A DNA stretch of 62,928 nt, counting the filler, from Reclinomonas americana ATCC 50394 (Eukaryota), in assembly GCA_048213135.1 (NCBI GenBank). It is 4 parts of 4 records of this genome, joined end to end, with 100 filler letters (N's around TTAATTAATTAA, not from the genome) between each part and the next. Parts side by side here need not be neighbours in the genome. Positions count along the whole stretch, not along the records: positions 1 to 30,273 come from PS015106.1; positions 30,374 to 49,511 come from PS015107.1; 2 more parts are not named here. One strand, given 5' to 3'. The notes under the pieces were generated by a model, which worked only from the letters and a program-made list of their open reading frames with translations, did no database searches and was not told the DNA's origin. The translations under genes were made by a program, and so were the position numbers. Positions 24,518-38,194 of this stretch are shown here, piece after piece (within the stretch, counting starts at the first letter, position 1; each line of letters begins with the position of its first letter).

Positions 24518-27500
24518 ATGAGTGACGATCAGCATCAGTTGCATCATCATCATCAACAGCAGCAGCATCACCTGCAGCAGTTGCATCGTCAGCAACAACA
24601 GCAGCAACAACAGCAGCAGTTCCTGCAAGGTGGCGGCTTCTCCTCGCCAACTGCCGTCTATGCGCATCACATGCACTCGTCGCCGTATGATTTGCAGCAT
24701 CCACCCACACCGCCCAATGCGGCGCACCATGTGGCACACTCGTCGCCGACTCGCGCCAGCAGCACTGGTGGTGGATACCATCATGCTCCGCAGCCACATC
24801 ATGGACACCATTTCGGCTTTGGTAGTGCTGGTGGTGGTGGCGGCGGTGGTGGTGGTGGTGGTGGCGGCGGCGGAGGGATGGGCAGTGCCGTTGCCGCCTG
24901 GGACATCCGTAGCGACCCCAAGTACTTGGCGTTCTTCGAATCGCACTCGGATCGCGTGCATTTGCCGCCACCTCTCGAGGTTTACTACTGCGTTGAAGCC
25001 TGCTTGTGTGCGTGTGTGATTTCTCATTCCGCCCCGCGCCCGCAGTACACGTGGAATGAGGGTGAGCCACTTCTCGACATTCTAAAGGGCGTGGAGGACG
25101 ACTTTACGCTGCGTGGCGCTGGAGCGTCTGGTGATCCTGTCGTTCCGCGCAGTTCGCGTGGTGCGAGCCCCTCTCGCCAGTCCTGGGGAAGAGACAGCAG
25201 TGGCGGTGGCGGTGGTGGCGGCGGTGGTGGAGGTGCACAGTTGGTCGGTGCCCTGTCGTCGTTGTCACTCGACGAGGCCACCACGCACATGGGCATGCGG
25301 ATGAGCTCCAGTGAGCCGAGCTCGGCACGTGGTGGGCGTCACTCGGCGGGACGCACGCCTGTCATTACTCCGCCAGCGACTCCTCCGCCCATGTCACAGC
25401 CGCAGACACCATCGAGCTATCAGCAGCAACAACACCACCAGCAGCAGCAGCAGCAGCAGCAACAGATGCATCAGCAGATGGGCAACCTCACGCTACAGCC
25501 GGTGCCGAATGGCGGTTGGCCGTCGCCTCAACCGTCACCGCAAGCCGCGTCGCCATACCACCTTCCGGCACACCACGCGCAACAGCACGCCGCCTCTCCC
25601 CAGCACTCGCTCTCGGCGTACAGCGGGCAGTACACGACCTCACCGGTTCCGCAAGGTGCGCGCTCATGCTGAGCAACTTTATGTAGCACCGTGTTTTTCT
25701 CACACACAAGTGTTGGATGCAGACTTTTCTGGCGGCCCCGCATACCAGTCGTTCCAGTCGCCTGCAGGGCCACACGCGATGCATTTCGCCAATCAGCCGC
25801 AGCACTACCAGCAAGCGTCACCTCAACCGCAGCAACAGCAACAACAGCAGCAACAACACCAACAGCCGCCACTTGCGCAGTCGCAGCAATTGGCGCAGTC
25901 ACCTGCACCCATGATGCCGTCGCCGCAACACCCGCACGTGGTCTCGCCGGCACCGCAGCGGCACATGGGACACGGTGCAGCAATGAGCATGGGCCACACG
26001 CCAGCTGGCCCGCCACCGCCGCACCAGCATCACTCGCCCGGCCTTCGTCGACAGCCGTCGGTGTCGGACAGTGCGGACTCGTCACCGCTGCCGATTGGCG
26101 GTGTGGGGATGCGCCGCTCGGCGAGTTCGAGTGAGCTGGCCGAGGCACTGTCGCGTGTGCAGGACATGAGCGAAATCCAGGGTCAGATCTACGACCTGTG
26201 CAAGGATCAGTACGGTTGCCGCTTCCTGCAAAAGAAGATTGAGGAGAACGCCGAAGTCAACGTGCTGCTCATCTTGAACGAGATTGGAGGCGATCTGGTG
26301 GAGCTGATGATGGATCCGTTTGGCAACTACCTGTGCCAGAAGTTGGTGGAGTTTTGCTCGGATGAGCAGCGTTCGCAGATTGTCGAGTGCGTGAAGAACC
26401 ACTTGTACGAAATTTCGCTGAGTTGCGTTGCCGTCACACACACACACTGTCCCATTGTGCTGTGCATTTCCTCACTTTCTCCCTCCCTCAGACATGCACG
26501 GCACGCGCGCCGTTCAGAAACTCATTGAGTGCCTGAGCACGCCTTTCCAGGTGCACCTGATTGTGGAGGCGCTGCGCGACCACGTGGTGGACCTCATCAA
26601 GGATCTCAACGGCAATCACGTGATTCAGCGCTGCCTGCATCGCCTGAGCTCGCTCGAGAAGCAGTTCATCTACGACGCGGTGGTGGATCGGTGCGTCGAT
26701 GTGGCCACGCACCGTCACGGCTGCTGTGTGATGCAGAGATGCATTGATTTTGCGTCGGAGGCGCAGCGAGTTGCGTGTGAGAGGCGGCATGTGGTGCTCA
26801 TGTTCGTTGTCAAGCTCACACCGTGTGTGATGGATGATGTATCGACAGGTGGAGCTGGTGCACGAAATCGCCGCTCACTCGCTAACCCTCGTGCAAGACC
26901 CGTTTGGCAACTACGTGGTGCAGTACGTGCTGGATTTGGAGAGTGACACCATCACGTATCAAGTTGTCTCCAAGTTCGCTGGACACATTGCAGATCTGTG
27001 CATCAACAAGTTCAGCTCGAATGTGGTGGAAAAGGTGTGTGCATACATGTATGTGTGTGTGCGCGTGTCTTGTTGCTGCTGCCTGACTCGCATTGTCTTT
27101 TTTTCTTTCGCTTTCGCAGTGCCTGCGTCAAGGCGGCAACAATGTGCGCGATCTGGTGTTTGGTGAAGTGGTCGGCGACGACGCACTGCCGCGACTGCTG
27201 CAGGACTCCTTCGGCAACTATGTTATTCAGACCGGCATTGCGGTGGCCGACAACCAGCAGTTTATGTTGCTGCAAGAAAAGATCCGACCACTGCTGCACC
27301 TCGTGCGCAACACGCCCTACGGCAAGAAGATTGAGAACAAGCTCAACCGCAAGGCATCTGCCGTCGGCGGCGGTGGTGGTGGTGGTGGCGGAGGAGGCAG
27401 TGGCGGTGATCGTCACCATGGTGGAGGTGGCGAGCGACACCATGGCGGAGGTGGTGGCGGTGGCGGACGCGGTGGTGGCTACCACCGGCAGCAGCACAGT

Positions 27501-28135
27501 GGTGGCAGTGGCGGTGGCCATTCGGATCGGTGTGTATGTGTGTGTACTTATGTGGTCTGTACGTGTGTGTGTGTGTGCGTGCTCATCACCGAACCAGACG
27601 AGAGCGACACCACGGCAATCACCAGTCGGGCATCTCCGACAGCGCGCCCTCCCATCGACACATGTCGGCCTCGCAACAGCAACAGCAGCAACAACAACAA
27701 CAGCAGCAGCAGCAGCAGCAAATGTCGCCGGCACCGCAGAGCGCGCACTACGGCAACGCCCCGGCGCATCATCATGTACTCAGTCAGCACTCGATGCCGT
27801 CGCCTGGCTACGCTGCGTCGCCCGTGTCTCCGCACCCCGGTTACTCGGCCTACGCCATGCCGACTCTGTCGCACGCGCCGAATCCGTACCACCCTCATCT
27901 CGGGTCACCGCAAGTTGTGCCTCCGCCGCCACCGTCGTCCATGCCGCCACAGCATGTCGGTGAGTTTTGCGTCACTGGCTTTACCTTTTGTGCGCAACCC
28001 AGAAGTAGTTGCTCACTCGTCACTCGGGTGTTTTTGTCGGTGACAGCTCCTGGCATGTATGTGCCGCAGCCGGTGTACGGCCAGTATGCGCCAGCCGCCT
28101 ACCCGCCGCCAGGCACATATGAGCATCCGTACTGA
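24518..28135 (+). CDS. Pumilio/PUF RNA-binding protein of Puf4 type with Q/H/G-rich low-complexity flanks
   Basis: Eight repeats: GCRFLQ, GNYLCQ, ISLN|MHGTRAVQ, GNHVIQ, GCCVMQ, GNYVVQ, SSNVVE, GNYVIQ, ending TPYGKKI. Confidence 0.92.
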
Positions 28136-29565
28136 GGTGGGACGGGCGCCGCTATTGTTGCTGTTTGTTGTTGTTTGTATCCCTCACCGTCGTCTAATGT
28201 GCATCAAAAAAAACTCCCCTTCCTGTGTCCTGTATATTGTGTGTCAGTGACCACTCTGTCGTAGTTCTGTGATTTTTCCTTTTGTATCGTGTCCCTAGAA
28301 GTGTGTGCGTGAGGCGGCGGTGGCGGTGTGGGTGAGCGGGTAATGGTGGAGACCAGGAGGAGAGCGTGTGGCCGTCGCGTGTCTGTTGTTGTTCACCTTC
28401 CTCCCCCCTGTTTTGTGTTGCTTGTTGTTGTGTTTCATTATTGCGTGTTTAACGTGTGTGTGCGCGCCACGCCCCTGTGTTTTGTTGGTTGCTCCTTCTC
28501 CTCTTCTGGTCCACCCGCACACCCCTTTGCCCCCAACCATCCATCATCATCATTCCGTCTTTCGTTAATTTTGCGTGCGCGTCTTGCGCCACCGTCGTAT
28601 TCGCCCCTTGCCGAACTCTCAAGTTAGAAAAATAAAAGCATTTGCCCAACTCGAAACGCATCATGATGAAGGTACAGAGACCNNNNNNNNNNNNNNNNNN
28701 NNNNNNNNNNNNNNNNNNNNNNNNNNNNNNNNNNNNNNNNNNNNNNNNNNNNNNNNNNNNNNNNNNNNNNNNNNNNNNNNNNNNNNNNNNNNNNNNNNNN
28801 NNNNNNNNNNNNNNNNNNNNNNNNNNNNNNNNNNNNNNNNNNNNNNNNNNNNNNNNNNNNNNNNNNNNNNNNNNNNNNNNNNNNNNNNNNNNNNNNNNNN
28901 NNNNNNNNNNNNNNNNNNNNNNNNNNNNNNNNNNNNNNNNNNNNNNNNNNNNNNNNNNNNNNNNNNNNNNNNNNNNNNNNNNNNNNNNNNNNNNNNNNNN
29001 NNNNNNNNNNNNNNNNNNNNNNNNNNNNNNNNNNNNNNNNNNNNNNNNNNNNNNNNNNNNNNNNNNNNNNNNNNNNNNNNNNNNNNNNNNNNNNNNNNNN
29101 NNNNNNNNNNNNNNNNNNNNNNNNNNNNNNNNNNNNNNNNNNNNNNNNNNNNNNNNNNNNNNNNNNNNNNNNNNNNNNNNNNNNNNNNNNNNNNNNNNNN
29201 NNNNNNNNNNNNNNNNNNNNNNNNNNNNNNNNNNNNNNNNNNNNNNNNNNNNNNNNNNNNNNNNNNNNNNNNNNNNNNNCGGTCATTCTTTCACTGCAAG
29301 CACCGCACAGTGCAACAAACGAAAAAAGCGGCTAGACGGCACCTCTCGGCACCCGCCTTACTTCTTCTCACTTCACCACACGCACAAAGCACAAACAGAG
29401 GCGAAAAAACAGCCAGTCCCACAAGTTATTTTCAAGGAAGGGGTAATGGTCTCCTCTCACTGACGCGAGAAGCAGGGATAACGGGGAAGAAAATAGTCAG
29501 AGAAAAAAACCAAAGAACCCAAGCCGACGCGCTCACGCAGTAGGGNNNNNNNNNNNNNNNNNNNN

Positions 29566-30273
<708 letters not shown>

Positions 30274-30317
30274 NNNNNNNNNNNNNNNNNNNNNNNNNNN
30301 NNNNNNNNNNNNNNNNN

Positions 30318-30329
30318 TTAATTAATTAA
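30318..30329. other. Artificial scaffold linker
   Basis: TTAATTAATTAA (stops in all six frames) flanked by N runs. Confidence 0.95.
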
Positions 30330-30373
30330 NNNNNNNNNNNNNNNNNNNNNNNNNNNNNNNNNNNNNNNNNNNN

Positions 30374-33100
30374 TCCGCGCACTCTGATGGCCGAGTAAGC
30401 ACACACCGAGATCAATAAACAAAAGTGCGCGCGTGCCTCACGCAACTCGCCACGTGCGAAACGCCTGCACCAGCATTCGAGCACGCCACACATTGTCGGC
30501 GTACTGCTCCACCTCGTGAGCCTGGTGTCGTCGACGCATAAACTGCACGCAGGCAGGCACGCAGTGAATCACACGTCACGGCTCACATGCATGTGGCGAG
30601 GTGCGAACCTGCTGCCAGCCACGCCATACGTGTGACAGGCGACGCACAAAATCGTGCCGCTTGGCGAGTTGCCACTGCGAGAGACAGACAACATGTATCA
30701 TGGACTGTGTTGACATTGAGAGTGACAACGTCGCACGCGTACCTGATGCCATCGCTTCCGCTGCACTGCCGTGTACAGCGACCAGTGCAGAAGCACACGT
30801 TTCACCAGCGTCCGTTCGGAAAATGCCGCCGCCACATGCTGCAATGCAGTCGTGAGTCACTGACAAAGACTGGGAATAGAAGACAACTGCACGAAACCAT
30901 TCGCTCCTCCTGGCTGTGCAAGAGGCGCACGAATGCCTGCCAGCGACGAAAGACACGTCGTTTCACGTGCTTCAGTCGGAGACTTTCGGCCGCCGGCGTG
31001 CGCTCGCGCACCCACAAGGCCTCCAGATACTGGCGTCGCATGCACGACCATGCACGTTGCTGCAGGTGTCGGTGGCACATATTGTCCGCCAGCTGCAACA
31101 GGTGCTGTTCGCGCTTGGCCTGCATGACATCCATGAGCAACAAATAGTGGTGGTGGTGGTGGTGGACGCACGAATCCATCTCGTCGGATCGCAACTCTTG
31201 CAGCCTCCAGCTGATCGCACCACCAGCCAAAGAACTCTCGCAACACAAATCCGTGATGTCTCTCTCGTGCCACTTTCTCCAGCGCCTCCAGCGCCAATCG
31301 ACGGCCCCTGGCGTGTCGCAATGCAGCGAATGCGCGACGCACCAACACACGCTCGGCATACACCTTGACGTCGAACAACATTACTCGTCGGTCGTACTGT
31401 TGACGCACAACTGTGCACGCATGCTTGAGGTGAGTAATGGCGTGGTGTGCTGAGTGCACGCATACACGCAACAGCGCTTCCACCGAATCAAGACTCGTCG
31501 CATCGCGGCCGTGTCACCGAGACTGGCGATGAATCGCCGCCGACTGCGCAGCAGCACTTGCCTGTCGTGGAACAAGCACATGGCACGGAAGCAGCGGCGG
31601 AGAGATCGACGGCGGAAATGAGCAGCAGCCAGCACTGTGTGCGCATGCATGGATGAATAACATGCACGGACTCCCACTCAACACTCGATGCAGACCTGTG
31701 CCCTGCGCCTCTCGCCGTCTCGCTGTCAACGCATCGCGCCACCGACACACCCATCGTCGCAGCTCGTGCTGATGATGCCGTTCTGCGAGGTGATCTCCAC
31801 GTTGCGTCAGTCGTCTGCGCATTCACACCCGTCAGTGATTGGTGAGACGATGATGGCCAGCGAGAGCAAGAGACTGCGTCACCGATGAGCCGTGGCCCAC
31901 GCACGCCACACCAGCGTGACTCGGCGAACAATGCGATCGGCCCAGGCCAACGCAGCCTTGGCGTGTCGCCGAAATGCTGCCTGGTACATGGTGTGATACG
32001 CACGCCAGCCCTTCCACACTCGACGCAGCAGCCGACGCGCATCGTGTCGTGCAGCGCGCTGATCTTGGCTCATGGCCGCAGACCGCTTCTCCAGCCGCCG
32101 TTGCCAAACTCGCCACCATCGTCGCAGCATCGGCACACGGTCTATATCAAGCACAACATCAATGAGGGGAATGCACGAGCGGGAGGGGGAGTGCACGATC
32201 TCAACTGTGAGTGTCGGCATCGTGTCGATGACGGCGTGCCACACGTCGCCAGTGAATGTAGGCCTGCCACACGCGAAACGCTCGCTGCAGCATGAGACCG
32301 TCGTAAAACGCACGTGCGGTAACACCTTTCCTGCGCGACTCCTGCCGCTGTCGCTGTCGCACCACGCCATACTCGCGCCACGCTCGCCACACCATCCGCA
32401 GTAACCTCCGTTTGCGCACAAACTCCAGCCAGTGGTCGGCCACAATGCGCGCCAGTCGCTTGCGGTGCTGCCGCCGAGCGCGACGCTCCAGATCCGCACC
32501 AGACACGGCCGACGACGATGACGACGACGATAAAGACGAGATCGCCAGAGATGGACTCGAGATCGGCAACAGTCGCGACGCCGACTCGATCACCGCTGGC
32601 GATCGTGGTCTCCGATCACGCGGTGTACCCGGCGGCGTCACGTTGGTCACGCCAGAGCGCTCCTGTGGGAGAGAGCACAGAGTGTGTGAGAGGAGAGTGT
32701 ATGCGAGGTGAGACAAGTGACGAACCGCTGCTGTTGTGGACGATGATGATGATGACGAGGAGGAGGAGGATGAAGAGGACGAGGATGAAGAACCAACAGA
32801 GGCCTGTGCAACCAGTGAACGCGCGTGTGTGAGACTGAGAGAGTTTGTCACTGATTTCGCGCGCGCAGACACACACACACTCACTGGTGGTGGTGGTGGT
32901 GGTGGTGGTGGTGAGAGAGGAGGAGCAGCAGCGCCGCCGCCGCCCGTTTGTGATGCTGAGCGTGCGCCCACACGCTGAGCGAGCAGCATGAGATCGGCAT
33001 CACCTCGACGCACAGCCTCCTCGCGCAGAGCACGTTGCAGGTGATTGAGTCGCGAGAGTTCACCCACACGCGCACGATTGCGCTCCTCATAGCTGGACAT
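30374..33100 (-). CDS. SFI1-like centrin-binding repeat protein, multi-exon, 3' truncated
   Basis: Periodic basic repeats with Trp: LRMVWRAWREY, LQRAFRVWQAY, LRRVWKGWRAY, RRVLIRWKR|F, RRVFRRWQAF, VKRVLLHW. Confidence 0.6.
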
Positions 33101-33181
33101 GTGAGAGTGGTGGTAGTGGTGCGCGGAGGGGTCACCCCTCGCTGTCTTTTTCTCCCACTTTGACGCAAAAAGTGATGGATT

Positions 33182-33193
33182 TTTCCCGCCAAA
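33182..33193. promoter_or_regulatory. Candidate bidirectional E2F-type site
   Basis: TTTCCCGCCAAA about 80 nt upstream of the SFI1-like ATG. Confidence 0.35.
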
Positions 33194-34418
33194 TGTCGGC
33201 GGTCTCTTTTTTTCTTCTTCTAGCTAGCAAGTGGGCGATTCCCTGTCGGGTTGGGACGACCAGGGCCGTGTTTAGGTGCCTTTTTTTGATGGCACCCCCT
33301 CACACTTAGAATCGCGAGAGGAGAGAAAACAGGAGAAAAAATGATTACAGGAAATTGACAGAGAAACAAAAAAAGCAAGACCGTCGGCAGCAGCAAGGTT
33401 TTCGATTTGGCAGCGACCGCGGCACACCACGGCTATTCAAGTCCACCCGAGCGAGTGCGACGCACGACGGGGTGCTGTAGTCTGTACAAGAGCACCCACG
33501 CCGCACGCCAACACTCGGGAGACAATGCCGGGAGTGCAACACAACGTCACCACCACATTGCTGCTGCTACTGCAACTGACCCATCACCACTCAGGCGAGG
33601 AGACAGAAGGAGACGGATAACCGAGAGGGAAAAAACACGCACACATTGACCGCCGCCGCTGCAATTACACAGGCGGCAGTCACCACACCACATCACACGA
33701 AATTCATCACAATGCAGAAGAAACACGCACACGCGCCATGCAGGCAATGTCGAGATGCACGGCAAGCAGGAGAACGACGAGGCAGCAAACGAGGAAGCGC
33801 GCGCGATAAAACAATCGAGCACAAAGCGGGGAGGCAGTGAGAGAGGGCGTGTGAAAATACCGCACGAATCCACAAGGCGGCTCACAATAACGCCACCTCC
33901 CTCCTCCTGCCACACCCACATCTCCCTCAACCTCGGCGCACCGCGCCAGCACACCACACATACGCGCACACACACGCACGCACACGCGAGTCTCTCCAAA
34001 ACCAGTCACGAATGCACGACTCGCCAGCAGCAGCAAGATAGAAGCACGCTGGTCACAACAGAGTCGACAAGTAATCACATCGAATCAAGAGGGAAAACAC
34101 AACCTACGTTTGCCAGACGGAGGGGCAGAACATCACAAGCCTAGCGTGACGCCACCACACCCAACAGGCACACACACAGTCACATCTCACACACACACAG
34201 TCCACAGCCATGCGTGACAGCAGTCAACACTGTCGCGCACCACCGATTAAACAAGTACAGAAATAATAGAGAGAGATCCAACAAACAAATCAAGAGAGAC
34301 AATAGGAGAAGGAAGATCATAATCATAGATAGAATCACGGATATGAATGGAATGAATCCAAGACAAGAGAGCGATTAAGGTGGCACGCGAGTCCACCAGA
34401 GCCGTCACAAGAGACCAC

Positions 34419-37400
34419 TCAGCGAATGTGCTGCAGAATGGCACCCGTGTCGAACTTGAATGTCAGCGACGCCGACTTGGGCGGGGTCGCCGACAGGGCA
34501 CAGATCGACGGAGCCACCACACCAATGCTGATGGGCGCACTGGGTGCGGTGGGCGCCACCGACTTGACCGTCGGTGTTGTCATTGTTGTCGCCGTGGCGG
34601 GCTTGCCCGACAGCAGCGCGTTGAAAAACGACTCGCCAGTGTACGACACAAAGCCAGCACGATGCTGGTGATGCTGATCCGGCGACGACTCCACGCTGCT
34701 GCGCACAATCGAGCCAACAGAGTCCACACTGCTCGGCGATCCACTGCGTCCGCTGCCGTCACTAGCCGTGCTGCTGCTGCTGCTGCTGCGGTGGCCAGGA
34801 GACATCTCCAAATCGTCCAGCGGCTGACGCTCGTAGACACAGAGGTCGCCGACCGACTCGGGCATATCGGTCAGCTTGATCTGCGCACGGGCACGAGACT
34901 TGGCCGCGCGCGGACGCGGGGCCGCAGCACCCGTGGCGGCGGTGGTGGTGGAGCCCGATCCCTTGGCCGCAGTCACAGCTGCAGTCGGTGACGGTGTCGA
35001 TGTAATGGTGCTACCGCGCTGCAACACACGGACGGGGGTCTGCGGGTTGAAGGTGGTGGCGGCGGCGGGAGTGGTGGCGGTCGGTGAGGCCGACTGCGCC
35101 GCCGACTTGGCGGTGCGACTCTTGTTGCGACGACCACCGCGAGCTCCGCGGGCACTGAAGCCAGGAGACGCGGGCGCAGCCTGGGTGGCAAACGTGGCGC
35201 CATGCGTCACAATCCACTCATGCAGAGGTCTGCATTTTCGCGCCCGCCAACACATACACAGTCAGCCCACCATTGTTTTCCATACTTCTCCACCCCCCTC
35301 CCCCCACAAAACCACACCCACCGAGCAAACGGAATCGACTTGGCCGTCAGAGAAATCTCCTCCTCGCCANNNNNNNNNNNNNNNNNNNNNNNNNNNNNNN
35401 NNNNNNNNNNNNNNNNNNNNNNNNNNNNNNNNNNNNNNNNNNNNNNNNNNNNNNNNNNNNNNNNNNNNNNNNNNNNNNNNNNNNNNNNNNNNNNNNNNNN
35501 NNNNNNNNNNNNNNNNNNNNNNNNNNNNNNNNNNNNNNNNNNNNNNNNNNNNNNNNNNNNNNNNNNNNNNNNNNNNNNNNNNNNNNNNNNNNNNNNNNNN
35601 NNNNNNNNNNNNNNNNNNNNNNNNNNNNNNNNNNNNNNNNNNNNNNNNNNNNNNNNNNNNNNNNNNNNNNNNNNNNNNNNNNNNNNNNNNNNNNNNNNNN
35701 NNNNNNNNNNNNNNNNNNNNNNNNNNNNNNNNNNNNNNNNNNNNNNNNNNNNNNNNNNNNNNNNNNNNNNNNNNNNNNNNNNNNNNNNNNNNNNNNNNNN
35801 NNNNNNNNNNNNNNNNNNNNNNNNNNNNNNNNNNNNNNNNNNNNNNNNNNNNNNNNNNNNNNNNNNNNNNNNNNNNNNNNNNNNNNNNNNNNNNNNNNNN
35901 NNNNNNNNNNNNNNNNNNNNNNNNNNNNNNNNNNNNNNNNNNNNNNNNNNNNNNNNNNNNNNNNNNNNNNNNNNNNNNNNNNNNNNNNNNNNNNNNNNNN
36001 NNNNNNNNNNNNNNNNNNNNNNNNNNNNNNNNNNNNNNNNNNNNNNNNNNNNNNNNNNNNNNNNNNNNNNNNNNNNNNNNNNNNNNNNNNNNNNNNNNNN
36101 NNNNNNNNNNNNNNNNNNNNNNNNNNNNNNNNNNNNNNNNNNNNNNNNNNNNNNNNNNNNNNNNNNNNNNNNNNNNNNNNNNNNNNNNNNNNNNNNNNNN
36201 NNNNNNNNNNNNNNNNNNNNNNNNNNNNNNNNNNNNNNNGCGGCGGGGGAGCCGTACTCGGCCACACCGGCCGCGCGCATCATGGCGGCGACCGAGTGCC
36301 AGCGCACATCGCTGACCTCCTTGCGGCACTGCGGCACAAACTCGGCGCTCTCGTCGACCGGCACGCCAACAGCAATAAACAGGCACGAGGGCTGGGAGCG
36401 ACTGCTGGTGCGGACCACGTGATCGGGGCCCAACATGTAGGCCGACACATCCAGGCCCGTCTCCTCCTGCACCTCACGAATGGCACACTCCAGCTCCGAC
36501 TCGCCGCTGTGGATCTTGCCTCGGGCAAACGTCCACACCGACGAGTTGTACGGCTGAATGAGTAGAATCTTCGACAGGTCGGCCGACAGCACAAGACCTC
36601 CGCACACAGGCACCTCGCTGTGAAGAAGAAGAAGAAGAATAACACGAAAAGTCAGAACACAAACTGCCGTGCACACTCACACAAAACAGAGAAGAACAAA
36701 AGGGTGACCGACCTCTTGTAGGTGGAGAAGGCCTTCAGTGCCTGTGAGAGATCGCGCGGTCCATTGGGGCCGTGCAGCAGCGTGGTCTCCAGTGGTGCCG
36801 AGTGTTGCGCAAAGACACGCACAAAGTCCAACAGGCTGCGATAGTGGGGCAATCTTGGATTGCGAACCCGGTAAAAGTCCAGGTAGAACCAGTAGGCCTC
36901 CTCCAGCTGGAACAAGAGGCGCTCCTGGGGTAGTGACCCAGAAAGGTGGGCCAGGACGAAGCGACTGCACCAAACAAACAAAAAAAGTCAGCTCGGGGGG
37001 AATTGCAACTCGCTGAAAAGGCAAGAGAATCAGACACAGTTCACAAACAATAAAAATGAGTGGCTTTGGCGAAGAATCAGAGAGTGTGCGCATGTGGAGG
37101 AGGAGGAGGGGGAGAGGGGAGAGAAGGAGGGAGAAGCAGAGAAAAAGTGAGTGCGACATGGCGCGACACACACACACATCAGACACTAACGAAAAACAAC
37201 ACGTGTGCCGCACGCGCGAAAAACACACAACAAGAGAAAAAGAGAGAAGTGAAAGGAACTTGGGGAGAGTTGTAGGCACACTGGAGTGAGAGAGAGAGGG
37301 GAGGGGGGAGGTGTTTGAGAAAAAAAGTGAGTGCCTTTTTGTGGGGAGATGGCCATCTCGAAAGACGTGTGAGCGGTGACCGTTTTTTATCACGTGCCAC

Positions 37401-37595
37401 ACACACACACACACAAGCAGACAAAAAAGAGAGAGGGGGAGAACAGGAAAACAAAGCAGAGAAACAAAAAAAAGGGAGCGGCGATTGGGGAGTGCACACA
37501 CGCACAAAGCATCATCGACCGATTTAGCTCTCTCACCTTGCCAAGTCGTCAAACACGGCCGGCAAGCCGCCAGTCTTCGAAGGCGTTGCGCTCAT
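34419..37595 (-). CDS. DCP2: mRNA decapping enzyme Dcp2, with an internal assembly gap
   Basis: MSATPSKTGGLPAVFDDLAS|RFVL..ERLLFQLEEAYWFYLDFY (Box A), VPVCGG, Nudix box GKIHSGESELECAIREVQEETG, C-terminal FKFDTGAIL. Confidence 0.9.
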
Positions 37596-38194
37596 TGAAT
37601 GATGATGATGAGCAGGCAAATTGCACAGGGAAATGCGGGGGGAAGAAGAGAAAAAACAAGGGGAGAAAGACCCTCAAGCGACACACAATTGCGTCTCCAC
37701 AAAGAAAGTCAAATTCAGTGANNNNNNNNNNNNNNNNNNNNNNNNNNNNNNNNNNNNNNNNNNNNNNNNNNNNNNNNNNNNNNNNNNNNNNNNNNNNNNN
37801 NNNNNNNNNNNNNNNNNNNNNNNNNNNNNNNNNNNNNNNNNNNNNNNNNNNNNNNNNNNNNNNNNNNNNNNNNNNNNNNNNNNNNNNNNNNNNNNNNNNN
37901 NNNNNNNNNNNNNNNNNNNNNNNNNNNNNNNNNNNNNNNNNNNNNNNNNNNNNNNNNNNNNNNNNNNNNNNNNNNNNNNNNNNNNNNNNNNNNNNNNNNN
38001 NNNNNNNNNNNNNNNNNNNNNNNNNNNNNNNNNNNNNNNNNNNNNNNNNNNNNNNNNNNNNNNNNNNNNNNNNNNNNNNNNNNNNNNNNNNNNNNNNNNN
38101 NNNNNGGGACAAATAGCAATGGGCCGACCGAATGGAGTGCACGCACTACGGGCCACTACGGAAACGGACACGTTTCCACTCACGCGCTGTCACC

